Source: Paracoccaceae bacterium (GTDB taxonomy: Bacteria; Pseudomonadota; Alphaproteobacteria; Rhodobacterales; Rhodobacteraceae). From it: a stretch of 64,000 nt of DNA. Position 1 is the stretch's first letter. Each line of letters opens with the position of its first letter. Shown in pieces: positions 9,995-20,076 of this stretch. A model generated the notes under the pieces. It ran no database searches. It worked only from the letters and a program-made list of their open reading frames with translations, and was not told the DNA's origin. A program made the translations under genes and the position numbers. The stretch lies in the NCBI GenBank assembly GCA_024227475.1, contig JAAEUI010000235.1, positions 5,210 through 69,209 of the forward strand, read 5' to 3'.

Positions 9995-11698
9995 ATGTTT
10001 TCTAAAATCATGACAATTGGCGGGGCTTTGGCTTTGTCGATTGGTACTGCCGGATTTGCCGAGCGTGGCGCAGACGGCCATGTCAGCATTATCTATTGGC
10101 AGGCACCATCAATTCTGAACCCATATCTGTCGGGCGGCACCAAAGACGTTGAGTCTTCCAGCCTGGTTATCGAACCACTTGGCAGATACGACCAAGACGG
10201 CGCGCTGGTGCCATTCCTGGCTGAAGAAATCCCAACGGTTGCGAACGGCGGTGTTTCCGAGGATCTGACCTCAATCACCTGGAAGCTGAAATCGGGCCTG
10301 AAGTGGTCTGATGGTACGCCGGTGACATCGGCAGACGTCAAGTTCACGGCCGAATATTGCATGCATCCCGAAGGCGGGTGCGCCCAGGCGTCTTTCTTTG
10401 AAGGTGTTGTCTCTATCGAGGAACTGGATGAACTGACAACCAAAGTGACGTTCAACCAGCCAAAACCCAACCCCTATGGCCCATTTATGGGTGGTCAATC
10501 CCCGATCATTCAAGCAGCACAATTCGCTGATTGTCTGGGTGCTAAGGCGCCTGAATGTACTGGCGCCAACTTCGGCCCAATCGGCACCGGCCCGTTTGTT
10601 GTTACAGATTTCCGTCCCAATGACGTGATCCAGATGAAAGCAAACGAGCACTATCGTGATCCGGCAAAACCGGCATTTGCCACGCTGACTTTCAAAGGTG
10701 GCGGTGATGCCACGGCTGCAGGCCGCGCGGTTATGGAAACCGGCGAGTTTGATTACGCCTGGAACATGCAGCTGGCACCGGATGTGCTGGCGAAAATGGC
10801 CGAAGGCGGCAAAGGCAAGCCGATTGCGGCCTTTGGCGCATTGGTGGAACGTCTGGAAATGAACCTGACGAACCCGTCACCGGATCTGCCAGCGGAGACC
10901 CGCTCGACCCGTGCCGAACCTCACCCCTTCCTGTCGGATGTGCGTGTGCGCCGGGCCCTTTCGATGGCGATTGATCGAGATTTGCTGGTAGAAGTTGGCT
11001 ATGGCCAGGCCGGACGTCCGACCTGTAACCTGGTGCCTGCACCCAAAATCTACACATCAGACAACACCGGCTGCCTGACACAGGATATCGCTGGTGCCAA
11101 TGCCCTGCTGGATGAAGCGGGCTGGGTTGACAGTGATGGCGATGGCGTGCGCGACAAGGATGGCGTGAAAATGGCAATCCTGTACCAGACTTCGACCAAT
11201 GCCGTGCGTCAAGACTTTCAGGCTCTGATCAAACAGTGGTGGTCTGAAATCGGCGTCGAAACTGAGTTGCGTAACCTTGATGCATCTGTGTTCTTTGGCG
11301 GCGACCCCGGTTCACCGGATACCTTCCAGAAATTCTATGCGGATGTCGAAATGTACGCCAACGTGTTTAACGGCACGGACCCGCAGCAGTATCTGGCAGC
11401 TTACAAATGCGGCTCGGAACCCAAGCCTGACAGCCAATGGCAGGGTGAGAACATCAACCGCTTCTGTGATCCGGAATACGACAATCTGATTGAAGAGTAT
11501 GCCCGTACCGGTGACATCGAAAAACGCGGTGAGCTTGGCCGTCGGATGAACGACATGCTGACTAAGGATTCGATGACCATCGTTCCGTTGGTCGATCGTG
11601 GCCGTGTTTCCGCACATTCCGTCACACTCGGTGGTGTTGTCCTGAACACATGGGACAGCGAACTTTGGAACGTCGCTGACTGGCACCGCATCAAGTAA
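9995..11698 (+). CDS. Peptide ABC transporter substrate-binding protein
   Basis: Signal peptide, KWSDGTPVTSADV, IGTGPF, VRRALSMAIDR; RBS GGGAG before ATG 9995. Confidence 0.92.
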   Translation: MFSKIMTIGGALALSIGTAGFAERGADGHVSIIYWQAPSILNPYLSGGTKDVESSSLVIEPLGRYDQDGALVPFLAEEIPTVANGGVSEDLTSITWKLKSGLKWSDGTPVTSADVKFTAEYCMHPEGGCAQASFFEGVVSIEELDELTTKVTFNQPKPNPYGPFMGGQSPIIQAAQFADCLGAKAPECTGANFGPIGTGPFVVTDFRPNDVIQMKANEHYRDPAKPAFATLTFKGGGDATAAGRAVMETGEFDYAWNMQLAPDVLAKMAEGGKGKPIAAFGALVERLEMNLTNPSPDLPAETRSTRAEPHPFLSDVRVRRALSMAIDRDLLVEVGYGQAGRPTCNLVPAPKIYTSDNTGCLTQDIAGANALLDEAGWVDSDGDGVRDKDGVKMAILYQTSTNAVRQDFQALIKQWWSEIGVETELRNLDASVFFGGDPGSPDTFQKFYADVEMYANVFNGTDPQQYLAAYKCGSEPKPDSQWQGENINRFCDPEYDNLIEEYARTGDIEKRGELGRRMNDMLTKDSMTIVPLVDRGRVSAHSVTLGGVVLNTWDSELWNVADWHRIK

Positions 11699-11719
11699 AC
11701 CAGTCGAAAGAATCCGCTT

Positions 11720-11747
11720 GGGGCCCTGACATCCTTGCCAGGGCCCC
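11720..11747 (+). other. Intercistronic stem-loop after the SBP gene
   Basis: GGGGCCCTG-10 nt-CAGGGCCCC perfect 9-bp stem with no U-tract; probably mRNA-stabilising. Confidence 0.55.
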
Positions 11748-11806
11748 GACAACAGGTGATGATTGACCTGTCGATCCGCGCGATTTAGCTTTTCACCGAG
11801 GCGTCC

Positions 11807-12844
11807 ATGCTGACATTCACATTCCGAAGGCTGGTTCTGTCGATCCCGACGCTTCTTTTCATTTCCCTTGCTATTTTTATGCTGTTGCAAATGGCGCCAG
11901 GCGATCCGATGGCGCAGGTGCCGCTGACTGTGCCTCCCGACGTCAAACAAAAAATGCGTGAAGCCCTTGGCCTTGGCCAGCCGGTGCACGTGCAATACTG
12001 GAAGTGGCTGGTGCAGTTCTTCTGGATAGAACCCCAGGTTTTCATCGACTGGCTGACCCGTGAGAGCTGGACACTGGGATGGTTGCCGGACACAAGCTTT
12101 GCCGAAGGTAAACTGCGGGTGATTTCCTGGCAGACCCGCGGCCCGGTTATGTCGCTCGTGGTGCAAAGCCTGCCACAGACATTCTGGGTGGTTGGCATGT
12201 CTTACGTGGTGGGTGTGCTGATCGCATTGCCGGTCGGAATTTATTCAGCCTATCGCCACTATTCGATATTCGATCAGACCGGGACCTTCATAACCATGGT
12301 CGGATTTTCAATCCCGCCGTTCTTTACCGGCCCTCTGCTGATCGTGATTTTTGCGGTTCAGCTCGGCTGGTTGCCATCGACCTATAACACCGTGCATCAG
12401 GTTGTGGACTGGGACAGCTTCGTTATCCAGATGAAGCAGATGGTCCTGCCGGTCATGGTGCTCGCGCTGCAGACGACGGCGCAGATCAGCCGGTACATGC
12501 GATCGGCCATGCTCGATAATCTGAAACAGGATTATGTACGAACCGCCCGGGCAAAGGGATTGCGCGAAAGTGTGGTCGTGATGGTCCATGTTTTGCGGAA
12601 TTCCATGATCCCGGTTGTCACGGTTATTGCTTTGGGCATTCCGGCGATTTTTGGCGGCGCGATCATCACTGAAAACGTCTTCAAAGTGAACGGGCTGGGC
12701 TATCAGCTTCTGATCGCGCTTTTTGCCAACGACATTCCGACGGTGATGACCCTGACGTTTATTTTTGCCATTCTGATTGTTCTGTTCAACCTGATTGCCG
12801 ATGTGCTTTATGGCGTTCTCGATCCGAGGATCCGCTATGACTGA
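11807..12844 (+). CDS. Peptide ABC permease (OppB/DppB-like)
   Basis: APGDP, DYVRTARAKGL, LDPRIRY. Confidence 0.92.
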   Translation: MLTFTFRRLVLSIPTLLFISLAIFMLLQMAPGDPMAQVPLTVPPDVKQKMREALGLGQPVHVQYWKWLVQFFWIEPQVFIDWLTRESWTLGWLPDTSFAEGKLRVISWQTRGPVMSLVVQSLPQTFWVVGMSYVVGVLIALPVGIYSAYRHYSIFDQTGTFITMVGFSIPPFFTGPLLIVIFAVQLGWLPSTYNTVHQVVDWDSFVIQMKQMVLPVMVLALQTTAQISRYMRSAMLDNLKQDYVRTARAKGLRESVVVMVHVLRNSMIPVVTVIALGIPAIFGGAIITENVFKVNGLGYQLLIALFANDIPTVMTLTFIFAILIVLFNLIADVLYGVLDPRIRYD

Positions 12845-13808
12845 CGCTCCTCTAAAAACTCCCGAGCCGACTGTGGACAGAGTGTCCGAAGCGAAGTCGA
12901 GCAGTCAGTGGCGCGATGTCTGGAAGCAGTTCAAGCGGCACAAAGGCGCCGTTATGGGCGGTGGTTTCCTGGCGTTTATCACGCTGTTTGTTCTAATTGG
13001 GCCCTACATATGGGCTTTGGAAGCAACCAAGCTGGACATCAGAGCCAAAGACATGCGCCCGATGTATACAGTGCTGTGGAATGGTGAAGCAAAGGTTGGC
13101 TGGGCGCATCCTCTGGGAACCGATCAACTGGGTCGTGATCTGTTGTCACAACTGATTGAGGGTGGGCGTGCCTCGATGGCTGTGGGCTGGGCGGCGATGA
13201 TATTGGCGCTGTTCCTGGGGACCACCATCGGTGTGCTGGCGGGTTTCTTTAAACGGATGGATTTCTGGCTGATGCGGTTTACCGATCTGGTGCTCTCGCT
13301 GCCGATTTTGCCGTTGCTGTTGGTGGCTGTGACCCTGTTCCGCCAGCCACTGAGGGCCAACTTTGGCCCGGAAATGGGTATGTTCATTCTGATCGTCGGC
13401 GTGGTGGGAATAACCAGCTGGATGCAGACGGCCCGGATCGTGCGGGCCGATGTTCTGGCGCTGAAGGAACGTGAATTTGTTCTGGCTGCACGTTCCATCG
13501 GGACAACACCGACCAAGATTATCACCCGGCACCTGATCCCGAATGTGATGTCTCCGATCATGGTCTCGGCAACCCTTGGGCTGGCCACCGCCATCATCAC
13601 CGAAAGCGCGTTGTCATTTCTTGGGGTTGGATTTCCGTCGGATTTTCCCACCTGGGGCAAGTTGCTGTCCGATGCCGTTCAGCGCATGGAGCAGTTTCCT
13701 GAGCGGGTGCTGCTGCCGGGATTGATGATTTCGCTGACCGTTCTGAGCGTGAACTACATCGGCGACGGTCTGCGTGACGCGCTTGATCCGCGGATTCGTG
13801 GGCGGTAG
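12837..13808 (+). CDS. Peptide ABC permease (OppC/DppC-like)
   Basis: HPLGTDQLGRD, EFVLAARSIG, GDGLRDALDPR. Confidence 0.92.
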   Translation: MTDAPLKTPEPTVDRVSEAKSSSQWRDVWKQFKRHKGAVMGGGFLAFITLFVLIGPYIWALEATKLDIRAKDMRPMYTVLWNGEAKVGWAHPLGTDQLGRDLLSQLIEGGRASMAVGWAAMILALFLGTTIGVLAGFFKRMDFWLMRFTDLVLSLPILPLLLVAVTLFRQPLRANFGPEMGMFILIVGVVGITSWMQTARIVRADVLALKEREFVLAARSIGTTPTKIITRHLIPNVMSPIMVSATLGLATAIITESALSFLGVGFPSDFPTWGKLLSDAVQRMEQFPERVLLPGLMISLTVLSVNYIGDGLRDALDPRIRGR

Positions 13809-13935
13809 GAGAAAACTGCCGACCCAGGGTCACTTTCCCTCGTTTTGTGTGTTTTCTCCGGTTACTTTGCAGCCCATATATCAATAAACTGCCGCACAAG
13901 GAAAGCGGCGCCAGACCGCGAAACAGAGCAGAACC

Positions 13936-14028
13936 ATGAAAATCACCGCAGTTACTTGCGTTAAGAACGAGGCGTCCGACGTCCTCGAATGGATCGCTTG
14001 TTGTCCAGCCAATGATTTTGCGGCCTGA
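13936..14028 (+). pseudogene. Remnant of a GT2 glycosyltransferase paralogue
   Basis: 30-aa ORF MKITAVTCVKNEASDVLEWIA... matches the N-terminus of the next gene (AVITVRNEAAFFLEWLA). Confidence 0.65.
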
Positions 14029-14031
14029 TTG

Positions 14032-15081
14032 ATGCGCTGTCTTGCAGTCATTACGGTGCGCAACGAGGCCGCGTTTTTCCTGGAATGGCTGGCGCATCAC
14101 AAAACCGTTGGCTTCACGGATTTTCTGGTTTTTTCGAACGACTGCGATGACGGCACGGATCTGATGCTCGACCATTTGCAGGCGATGGGAGAGATCACCC
14201 ACATCCGAAATACCAAAACCGACAAGGGCGGGGTGCAGTGGAGTGCGTTAAAACAGGCCGACAAACACTCGCTGGTCAAATCCGCCGATTGGATATTGCC
14301 GCTGGATGTGGATGAGTTCGTCAACATTCACGCTGGAACGCGGAAACTTCCCAATCTGTTTGCCGCACTGCCAGAGGCAACTGCAATCACGCTGACCTGG
14401 CGGTTGTTTGGCAACAGCGGGGTGGTTGATTTTGCGGATACCCCGGTTTTGCAGCAGTTCACCCGCGCCGCGCCGGTTCCCTGCTACTGGCCGTGGAAAT
14501 CGGCCATGTTCAAGACCCTTTTTCGCAATGACGGAACCTATGGAAAGCTTGGCATTCATCGCCCCCGGAAACCGGACAACACGCGGATGAACGATGCGCG
14601 CTGGTTTGACGGAACGGGCGCAGAACTGCCCGATCTCTATAAAAAGCAGAAGATTTTTTCCAACTTTATGCAAGACAACTGCCGCTTGGTGCAGCTGAAC
14701 CATTACCCCCTTGGGGCCATGCAGAGCTACGTGCTGAAGCGCGACCGCGGCCGGGCGGTGCACGGTGATCACACTCTGGGCATGGATTACTGGGTGGAGC
14801 GGAATTTCAACCAGTGCGAGGATAAATCTGCCCTGAAGCTGTGGCCGGAAGTGGAAACTGAACTGGAGCGATTGAAATCGGAAACCGAGTTAATGCACCT
14901 GCATCAAGTTGGGTGTGACTGGCGACATTCCCGGTTTGACCAGTTGATGCTGGAAGAGGATTTCAGAGAGCTTTTTGGCCAGTTGATGTTGACACCGCCA
15001 AGCGGGGCGCTGTCACAGCAGGAAGCGCAGAGGATCATGTATTACGGGCGTAAAGCGATGGTGCGAAACCGCCGCCCATGA
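14032..15081 (+). CDS. Glycosyltransferase family 2 (Glyco_tranf_2_4-like)
   Basis: RNEAAFFLEWLAHH, SNDCDDGT, LDVDEF, LNHY. Confidence 0.88.
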   Translation: MRCLAVITVRNEAAFFLEWLAHHKTVGFTDFLVFSNDCDDGTDLMLDHLQAMGEITHIRNTKTDKGGVQWSALKQADKHSLVKSADWILPLDVDEFVNIHAGTRKLPNLFAALPEATAITLTWRLFGNSGVVDFADTPVLQQFTRAAPVPCYWPWKSAMFKTLFRNDGTYGKLGIHRPRKPDNTRMNDARWFDGTGAELPDLYKKQKIFSNFMQDNCRLVQLNHYPLGAMQSYVLKRDRGRAVHGDHTLGMDYWVERNFNQCEDKSALKLWPEVETELERLKSETELMHLHQVGCDWRHSRFDQLMLEEDFRELFGQLMLTPPSGALSQQEAQRIMYYGRKAMVRNRRP

Positions 15082-15179
15082 TGGCATAATTCTGCCACTG
15101 CAATAGTGAAAAACGGTGGCGCCAGATACTTGAAGAGGCATTTCAAGTTCAACCTGGATCAGACTAAACGCGGCACACT

Positions 15180-17873
15180 CTAGGCGCTAGCAGGTTCGGT
15201 ATGTTCCAGCGGTAGGGTGACCCGGAATAATGCGCCAGCCCCGCCGGGCTCGTAGGTCAGCGTTCCTCCCAGATTGCGCATGATTTCGCGGCTGATTGGC
15301 AGGCCAAGCCCTGCGCTGCCGACAAAAAAACCGCCGGAGAGCTTTGAGAATTTCTGGAAAATCAGTTCGACTTCTGACTCGTCAACACCGCTGCCATTAT
15401 CAGCGACATCAATTTCTACCGTGCCACCGTTGCGGCGGCAGGAAACCGATATTTGCGGTGGTTCTGCATCACAGTATTTATTCGCATTGGCCACGAGGTT
15501 GATCACCACCTGCGCCAGCCGGTCAGAATCCGTTGCGACCTTGATTTGTTCGCTGGCAGGATTACGCAACAGTTCGGATGATCGCTCCTGCAGTTGCGTC
15601 TCGGTGGCTGTTGCGGCCCGGTTGATCACCTCTGACAGGTTGACCGGGGCAATGTTCAGCTGCACTTTGCCGTTTTCCATGAAGCTGAGGTCCAGAATGT
15701 CATCCAGCAGCCGGGTCAGCCGGATGCTTTCGGTATGAATGACGGAGGAAAAATGCTTCAGCTTTTCCGGCGGCAGAGAGTCGCTGTCGCGCAGGATTCC
15801 GGAAAATGACCGGATCGAAGTCATCGGCGTGCGCAACTCGTGGCTTACCTGACTAAGGAATGTGTCTTTTTGCTCGCCGAGTTTCAACAATTGGCTGTTG
15901 GCCGCGCGCAGTTGCTGCGCCGTTTTCTTCAACTCTTCGGACTGGGTTTTCAGCCGCTCTGAGTATTCCATGATTTGTGCGGTTTCGTCGGCGACCGCGA
16001 TCATGTCTTCAACGGAAACAGACTCGCCGCCAGTTATTTGCGCCAGCATCGCATGGGACGTTGCGGCCCCAACCGACCCCGCAAACTTTCGCTCCAATTC
16101 CTCGACAAACGGTTGGGTAGGGTCTGGCAGGCCAGAAACCTTCCCTTGCGATACTGCAGTCTGATTAAACAGATTCATTGCCTCCTGCCGGCCCAGAATT
16201 CGCTGCGCCAAAATCAAGAGTTCCTCAGCTTCTGCATTCCGGGCGATGGTGCTGCTCGGAGATATTCTCCCGTAAACATTGATGAATTGGGCGCTTTGCT
16301 GACGCTCCATGGAATTGGGGTTTGTCAGCAATGATGCCACGACGAAGACAAGTGTGTTAAAACTGATCGACCAGAAAACTGCATGAACCAGAGGATCTTC
16401 AAATGAGTTGCCCCAGAGAGATTGCGGGCGCAGCGCTGAAATTCCAAACGGGCCGTTTTCTATCACGCTTTGGCTGAGAATGAAGGCTCCGTCAAAACTA
16501 GGCAGAAAAAGCGTGTAAGCCCAGAAGAAGAAACCAGTGCAGATGCCCATAATCGCGGCTGGTCGTGTGGCGCTGTGCCAGAATACCCCGCCCAGAAGAG
16601 CGGGCAGAACCTGAGCGACGCCAAGAAAAGCGATCAGACCAATTGAGGCCAGCGCATCGCTGCCCCCGGTGATCTGAAAATAGAAGTAACCAAGCGCAAG
16701 CACTACGCCAATGCTGATCCGTCTGGTCCGCAGAAGCAGAGTGCGCACATCATCGCTGGCCGGGCTGCGCTTTTTGTTCAGTTGTAGCCAGATTGGCAGA
16801 ACGATGTGGTTGGACATCATGGTTGACAGCGCAATGGCAGCGACGATTACCATCGATGTGGCTGACGAAAACCCACCCAGGAATGCAAGCGTTGCCAAGG
16901 TGCCCTGACCTTTGGCCAGTGGCACTGTCATCACGAACAAATCGGGGTTTGCATCCGCTGGCAGTTCGCTCTGTCCTGCAATGGCAATCGGCAGTACGAA
17001 CAAGCTCATCAGGAACAGGTACAGCGGAAAGGCCCAACTGGCAGTTGCCAGATGGCGTTCGTTAGAGTTTTCCACCACGACAACCTGAAACATCCGCGGC
17101 AGGCAGATGATGGCCGCTGCAGACAGAAACATCAGCGTCACCCAGCGGCCATTGAATATCTGGCTGCTTTGCAAAAGATCCTGATCCATTCGCTCAAAGA
17201 TATCGGCGGGGCCCGAAGCCACGCCCCAGACAACGAAGATACCCACAGACAACAAAGCGATCAGTTTTACCACAGCCTCAACTGCGATGGCTGTGACAAC
17301 ACCGTGGTGGCGCTCATTGGCATCCAGACTGCGCGTACCAAATACGATAGTAAAAACTGCGAGCCCTGCCGCCACCCAGAATGCCGTGACAGAAGCAAAG
17401 GGGGTGCTGGTACCCTCACCAGATCCTCCGGTGAATACAAAAAAGCTCAGAGTAAGCGATTGAAGCTGTAAGGCGATATAAGGGGTAGTGCCAATCACTG
17501 CGAGCAGGGTGACTACCACGGCAAGTGTGTTGCTTTTGCCGTAGCGGGAAGACAGAAGGTCGGCAATGGAGGTTATTCTTTGGGTTCGGCCGATGCGAAC
17601 CAGTTTACGCAGAAACCACCACCACCCGACAAACACCAGCGTTGGGCCAAGATAGATAGCCACAAATTCGAGCCCGCTACGGGCTGCCGACCCAACCGCG
17701 CCATAAAACGTCCAGGCGGTGCAATAGACCGACAGTGAAAGGGTATAGATCACCGGTGAGCGGAGGAAGTTCAGCCTTCCCTCTTGCACACCCCGCTCGG
17801 CCACATACGCAATAACAAACAGCGCCGCAACGTACAGGAGGCAAATCGAAACAAGCAGATTAAAGGACTGCAT
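15180..17873 (-). CDS. Sodium:solute symporter-fused sensor histidine kinase (CrbS/CbrA-like)
   Basis: YCTAWTFYGAVG SLC5 domain; SHELRTPMTSI H-box; N, D and G boxes. Confidence 0.9.
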   Translation of the reverse strand: MQSFNLLVSICLLYVAALFVIAYVAERGVQEGRLNFLRSPVIYTLSLSVYCTAWTFYGAVGSAARSGLEFVAIYLGPTLVFVGWWWFLRKLVRIGRTQRITSIADLLSSRYGKSNTLAVVVTLLAVIGTTPYIALQLQSLTLSFFVFTGGSGEGTSTPFASVTAFWVAAGLAVFTIVFGTRSLDANERHHGVVTAIAVEAVVKLIALLSVGIFVVWGVASGPADIFERMDQDLLQSSQIFNGRWVTLMFLSAAAIICLPRMFQVVVVENSNERHLATASWAFPLYLFLMSLFVLPIAIAGQSELPADANPDLFVMTVPLAKGQGTLATLAFLGGFSSATSMVIVAAIALSTMMSNHIVLPIWLQLNKKRSPASDDVRTLLLRTRRISIGVVLALGYFYFQITGGSDALASIGLIAFLGVAQVLPALLGGVFWHSATRPAAIMGICTGFFFWAYTLFLPSFDGAFILSQSVIENGPFGISALRPQSLWGNSFEDPLVHAVFWSISFNTLVFVVASLLTNPNSMERQQSAQFINVYGRISPSSTIARNAEAEELLILAQRILGRQEAMNLFNQTAVSQGKVSGLPDPTQPFVEELERKFAGSVGAATSHAMLAQITGGESVSVEDMIAVADETAQIMEYSERLKTQSEELKKTAQQLRAANSQLLKLGEQKDTFLSQVSHELRTPMTSIRSFSGILRDSDSLPPEKLKHFSSVIHTESIRLTRLLDDILDLSFMENGKVQLNIAPVNLSEVINRAATATETQLQERSSELLRNPASEQIKVATDSDRLAQVVINLVANANKYCDAEPPQISVSCRRNGGTVEIDVADNGSGVDESEVELIFQKFSKLSGGFFVGSAGLGLPISREIMRNLGGTLTYEPGGAGALFRVTLPLEHTEPASA

Positions 17874-18127
17874 CAGCCGTCGCCGCTGTTGTACAGGCGG
17901 CGCGCCAGGATTGCCGCGAGGACAATCAGTCCGATCCAGATGCCAAAGATATAACTGACTGCTTTTGGAATGCCTCCTGTAAAGGAATCCTGGGTAAAGG
18001 CCGATATGAGAGGAGTCAGCAGGAGGAAGATGCCCAACAAGGGAAGAAGAGCCGCGCTTTCACGGATTTTTCTGGTGGGCTGTGCCCGCTTGCCGGAGGG
18101 TTCAGGTTTTTCCGGTTCAGACTTCAT
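17873..18127 (-). CDS. Small two-TM protein coupled to the kinase
   Basis: Overlaps both neighbours; two hydrophobic helices. Confidence 0.7.
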   Translation of the reverse strand: MKSEPEKPEPSGKRAQPTRKIRESAALLPLLGIFLLLTPLISAFTQDSFTGGIPKAVSYIFGIWIGLIVLAAILARRLYNSGDG

Positions 18128-18489
18128 TGCGCCAGCATTTTAACTGTGTCGATGATTGCTTGGTTAGAAAATGGTTTGGTCATGAACATGCTGACCCCGG
18201 CCTCCTCGGCAGCAGCTTTGTCACGGGCTTGCCCTTTTGCAGTCAGCATCAGAACCGGTTTTCCCGAAGTAGTTGCGTCAGCCCGGATTTCCCTCAGAAC
18301 GTCTATCCCGCTTTTGTTTGGCAGCATGTTGTCCAAAATGATTACGTCAGGTGCGATCCGGCCAGCCACTTCAGCGGCGTCCTGGCCGTTGGAATGTGTG
18401 AAAACCTGCCAGCCCGCCCTTTCGAGCAGGAAAGATATCGCCTCAACGATATGTGGTTCATCCTCTATCAGGAGGACTTTGCCTGCCAT
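18124..18489 (-). CDS. Single-domain response regulator receiver
   Basis: LLIEDE, IILDNMLP, MLTA, KPF; RBS GGGAG before ATG 18489. Confidence 0.9.
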   Translation of the reverse strand: MAGKVLLIEDEPHIVEAISFLLERAGWQVFTHSNGQDAAEVAGRIAPDVIILDNMLPNKSGIDVLREIRADATTSGKPVLMLTAKGQARDKAAAEEAGVSMFMTKPFSNQAIIDTVKMLAQ

Positions 18490-18554
18490 TCCACTCTCCC
18501 TGTTGGTCCTGTGAAGCATAGGTTGAATGTGAGCGTACTGGCAAGGGTCGAAGG

Positions 18555-19850
18555 TTAAGCCAGGATATAATCGATCCGCCGGGCAGCACAGGCCTTGCGT
18601 GGGCAAACGCTGCAGTGAACCCCGGCCAATATGGGGGGCTGGATAGACCGGGTGGCAGGAAAAGCCTGCGGATCCGACGTGAACACCATGGTTGAACGCA
18701 GCAATCCGGGCAGATCATAACGGTCCGGTCCGGCGCTTTCAGCATACGCATATGTTAACAGCCTGCCCCCGGTGGGCATCTCCAGAACACTCTGCAAGGC
18801 CTGATACGGCCGTCCGAAAGCCCTGTAAATTGGCCACAGCGGGCAGGCGCTGGAATATTGCGGCAGGGCAAACTCCGGGATTTCCTTGCGAAACAGAACT
18901 GCGCCCGACATGTCGCATTCAAGCAGGCCAAACAATGGAAAGCCCGGTTCTGGCGGCAAATGTGCGAGGCGGTACAGGATTGATCCGACCGGCACCTTTA
19001 AGGTTTGCGAAAGTTTCAGCGCGTCAAAGTTCGTGTCCTTTGCCGATTGAATAAACACATCTACGGGCAGCGTGTTGGCTATCCGCTCATAGCGTTCCAG
19101 CGATTGTCGCAGCACCTGCGAGTTTGTAGCCGCTTGGCTGCCAGTGTTTTCAAGCAAGTTTTCAATTGTGGTCTCGCCGGCTTCAAGTTTGGGCAAATAG
19201 TAACCCCGCGCACTCCAAAACTCCTGTGCCTCTGGGGTGTTGGCGGCACTGGTTGCTGCCTCTTCGGTTGGGGTGTCAAAAAAATCAACCATCGCCTCGG
19301 CGGTGGCTGACAATCTTTGGCTTTCACTGCGCAGGTTGGCGAGAAACTTTTGCTGCAGGGCTGGTGGAATATCTGACATGCTGTCCAGGATACCGGCAGT
19401 GGACCTGATGGCCGTGATATTCGACAGAATCTGATGCATGGTTTCCGACAGGAATGGATCATGGGTCATTCGGTCAGTAAGCGCTCGCAACTTTTCCCTT
19501 TGTTGCTGGGATAACTCAGAGACCTGTAACAGAAGCCGGGCCCAGCCGGGATAGCGGCCAACAAACTCCTCGATACGCTCGATTTCCGCCGAATTGCTGT
19601 GGTCCATTTTTGCAGCCTCGGTCAATCGGTTGATCAGAACAAAATCTGCGTCATCAGACAGGGCCGCGACGTCGGTATCCAATTCTGCAGCGATGGCCTG
19701 GAGTGTGCGGCCGGCGATTCCCCGGCGGTTGTGTTCGATCAAATTCAGGTAGGACGGAGATATCCCCGCGGCAGCCGCTAAAGCAGTTTGGGTCATTCGC
19801 CGGTTGCGACGCCGTTCGCGGATGCGGGTTCCCACCAGACTACGGGCCAT
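18555..19850 (-). CDS. XRE-family short-chain fatty acyl-CoA regulator (ScfR/RamB-like)
   Basis: GISPSYLNLIEHNRR HTH; ACPLWP; C-terminal CxxCxxxxCxxR. Confidence 0.88.
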   Translation of the reverse strand: MARSLVGTRIRERRRNRRMTQTALAAAAGISPSYLNLIEHNRRGIAGRTLQAIAAELDTDVAALSDDADFVLINRLTEAAKMDHSNSAEIERIEEFVGRYPGWARLLLQVSELSQQQREKLRALTDRMTHDPFLSETMHQILSNITAIRSTAGILDSMSDIPPALQQKFLANLRSESQRLSATAEAMVDFFDTPTEEAATSAANTPEAQEFWSARGYYLPKLEAGETTIENLLENTGSQAATNSQVLRQSLERYERIANTLPVDVFIQSAKDTNFDALKLSQTLKVPVGSILYRLAHLPPEPGFPLFGLLECDMSGAVLFRKEIPEFALPQYSSACPLWPIYRAFGRPYQALQSVLEMPTGGRLLTYAYAESAGPDRYDLPGLLRSTMVFTSDPQAFPATRSIQPPILAGVHCSVCPRKACAARRIDYILA

Positions 19851-19885
19851 AATATTTCCTTTGTTTGCCTCACCTTGTGATGCAG

Positions 19886-19936
19886 TTGTAAAGAATTTTA
19901 CAGTTTTGCAAAACACTCACGAAAAACATTTACAAA
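19886..19936. promoter_or_regulatory. Candidate ScfR-family operator boxes in the divergent promoter
   Basis: TTGTAAA (19886), TTTACAG (19897), TTTGCAAA (19905), TTTACAAA (19929) resemble TTTGCAAA PccR/RamB-type boxes. Confidence 0.55.
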
Positions 19937-20076
19937 AAAATCAAGAAAAAGCAATAGTTTATTGCTTTTTTCACTGGTTTTGATACATATGACCTCGTCA
20001 GTATTGACATCATGAGTCGGATTCTTGGGGTGCTTGCCTCTCCGGCTCGCTTATTGGGATCATTGGGAGGAAATCT

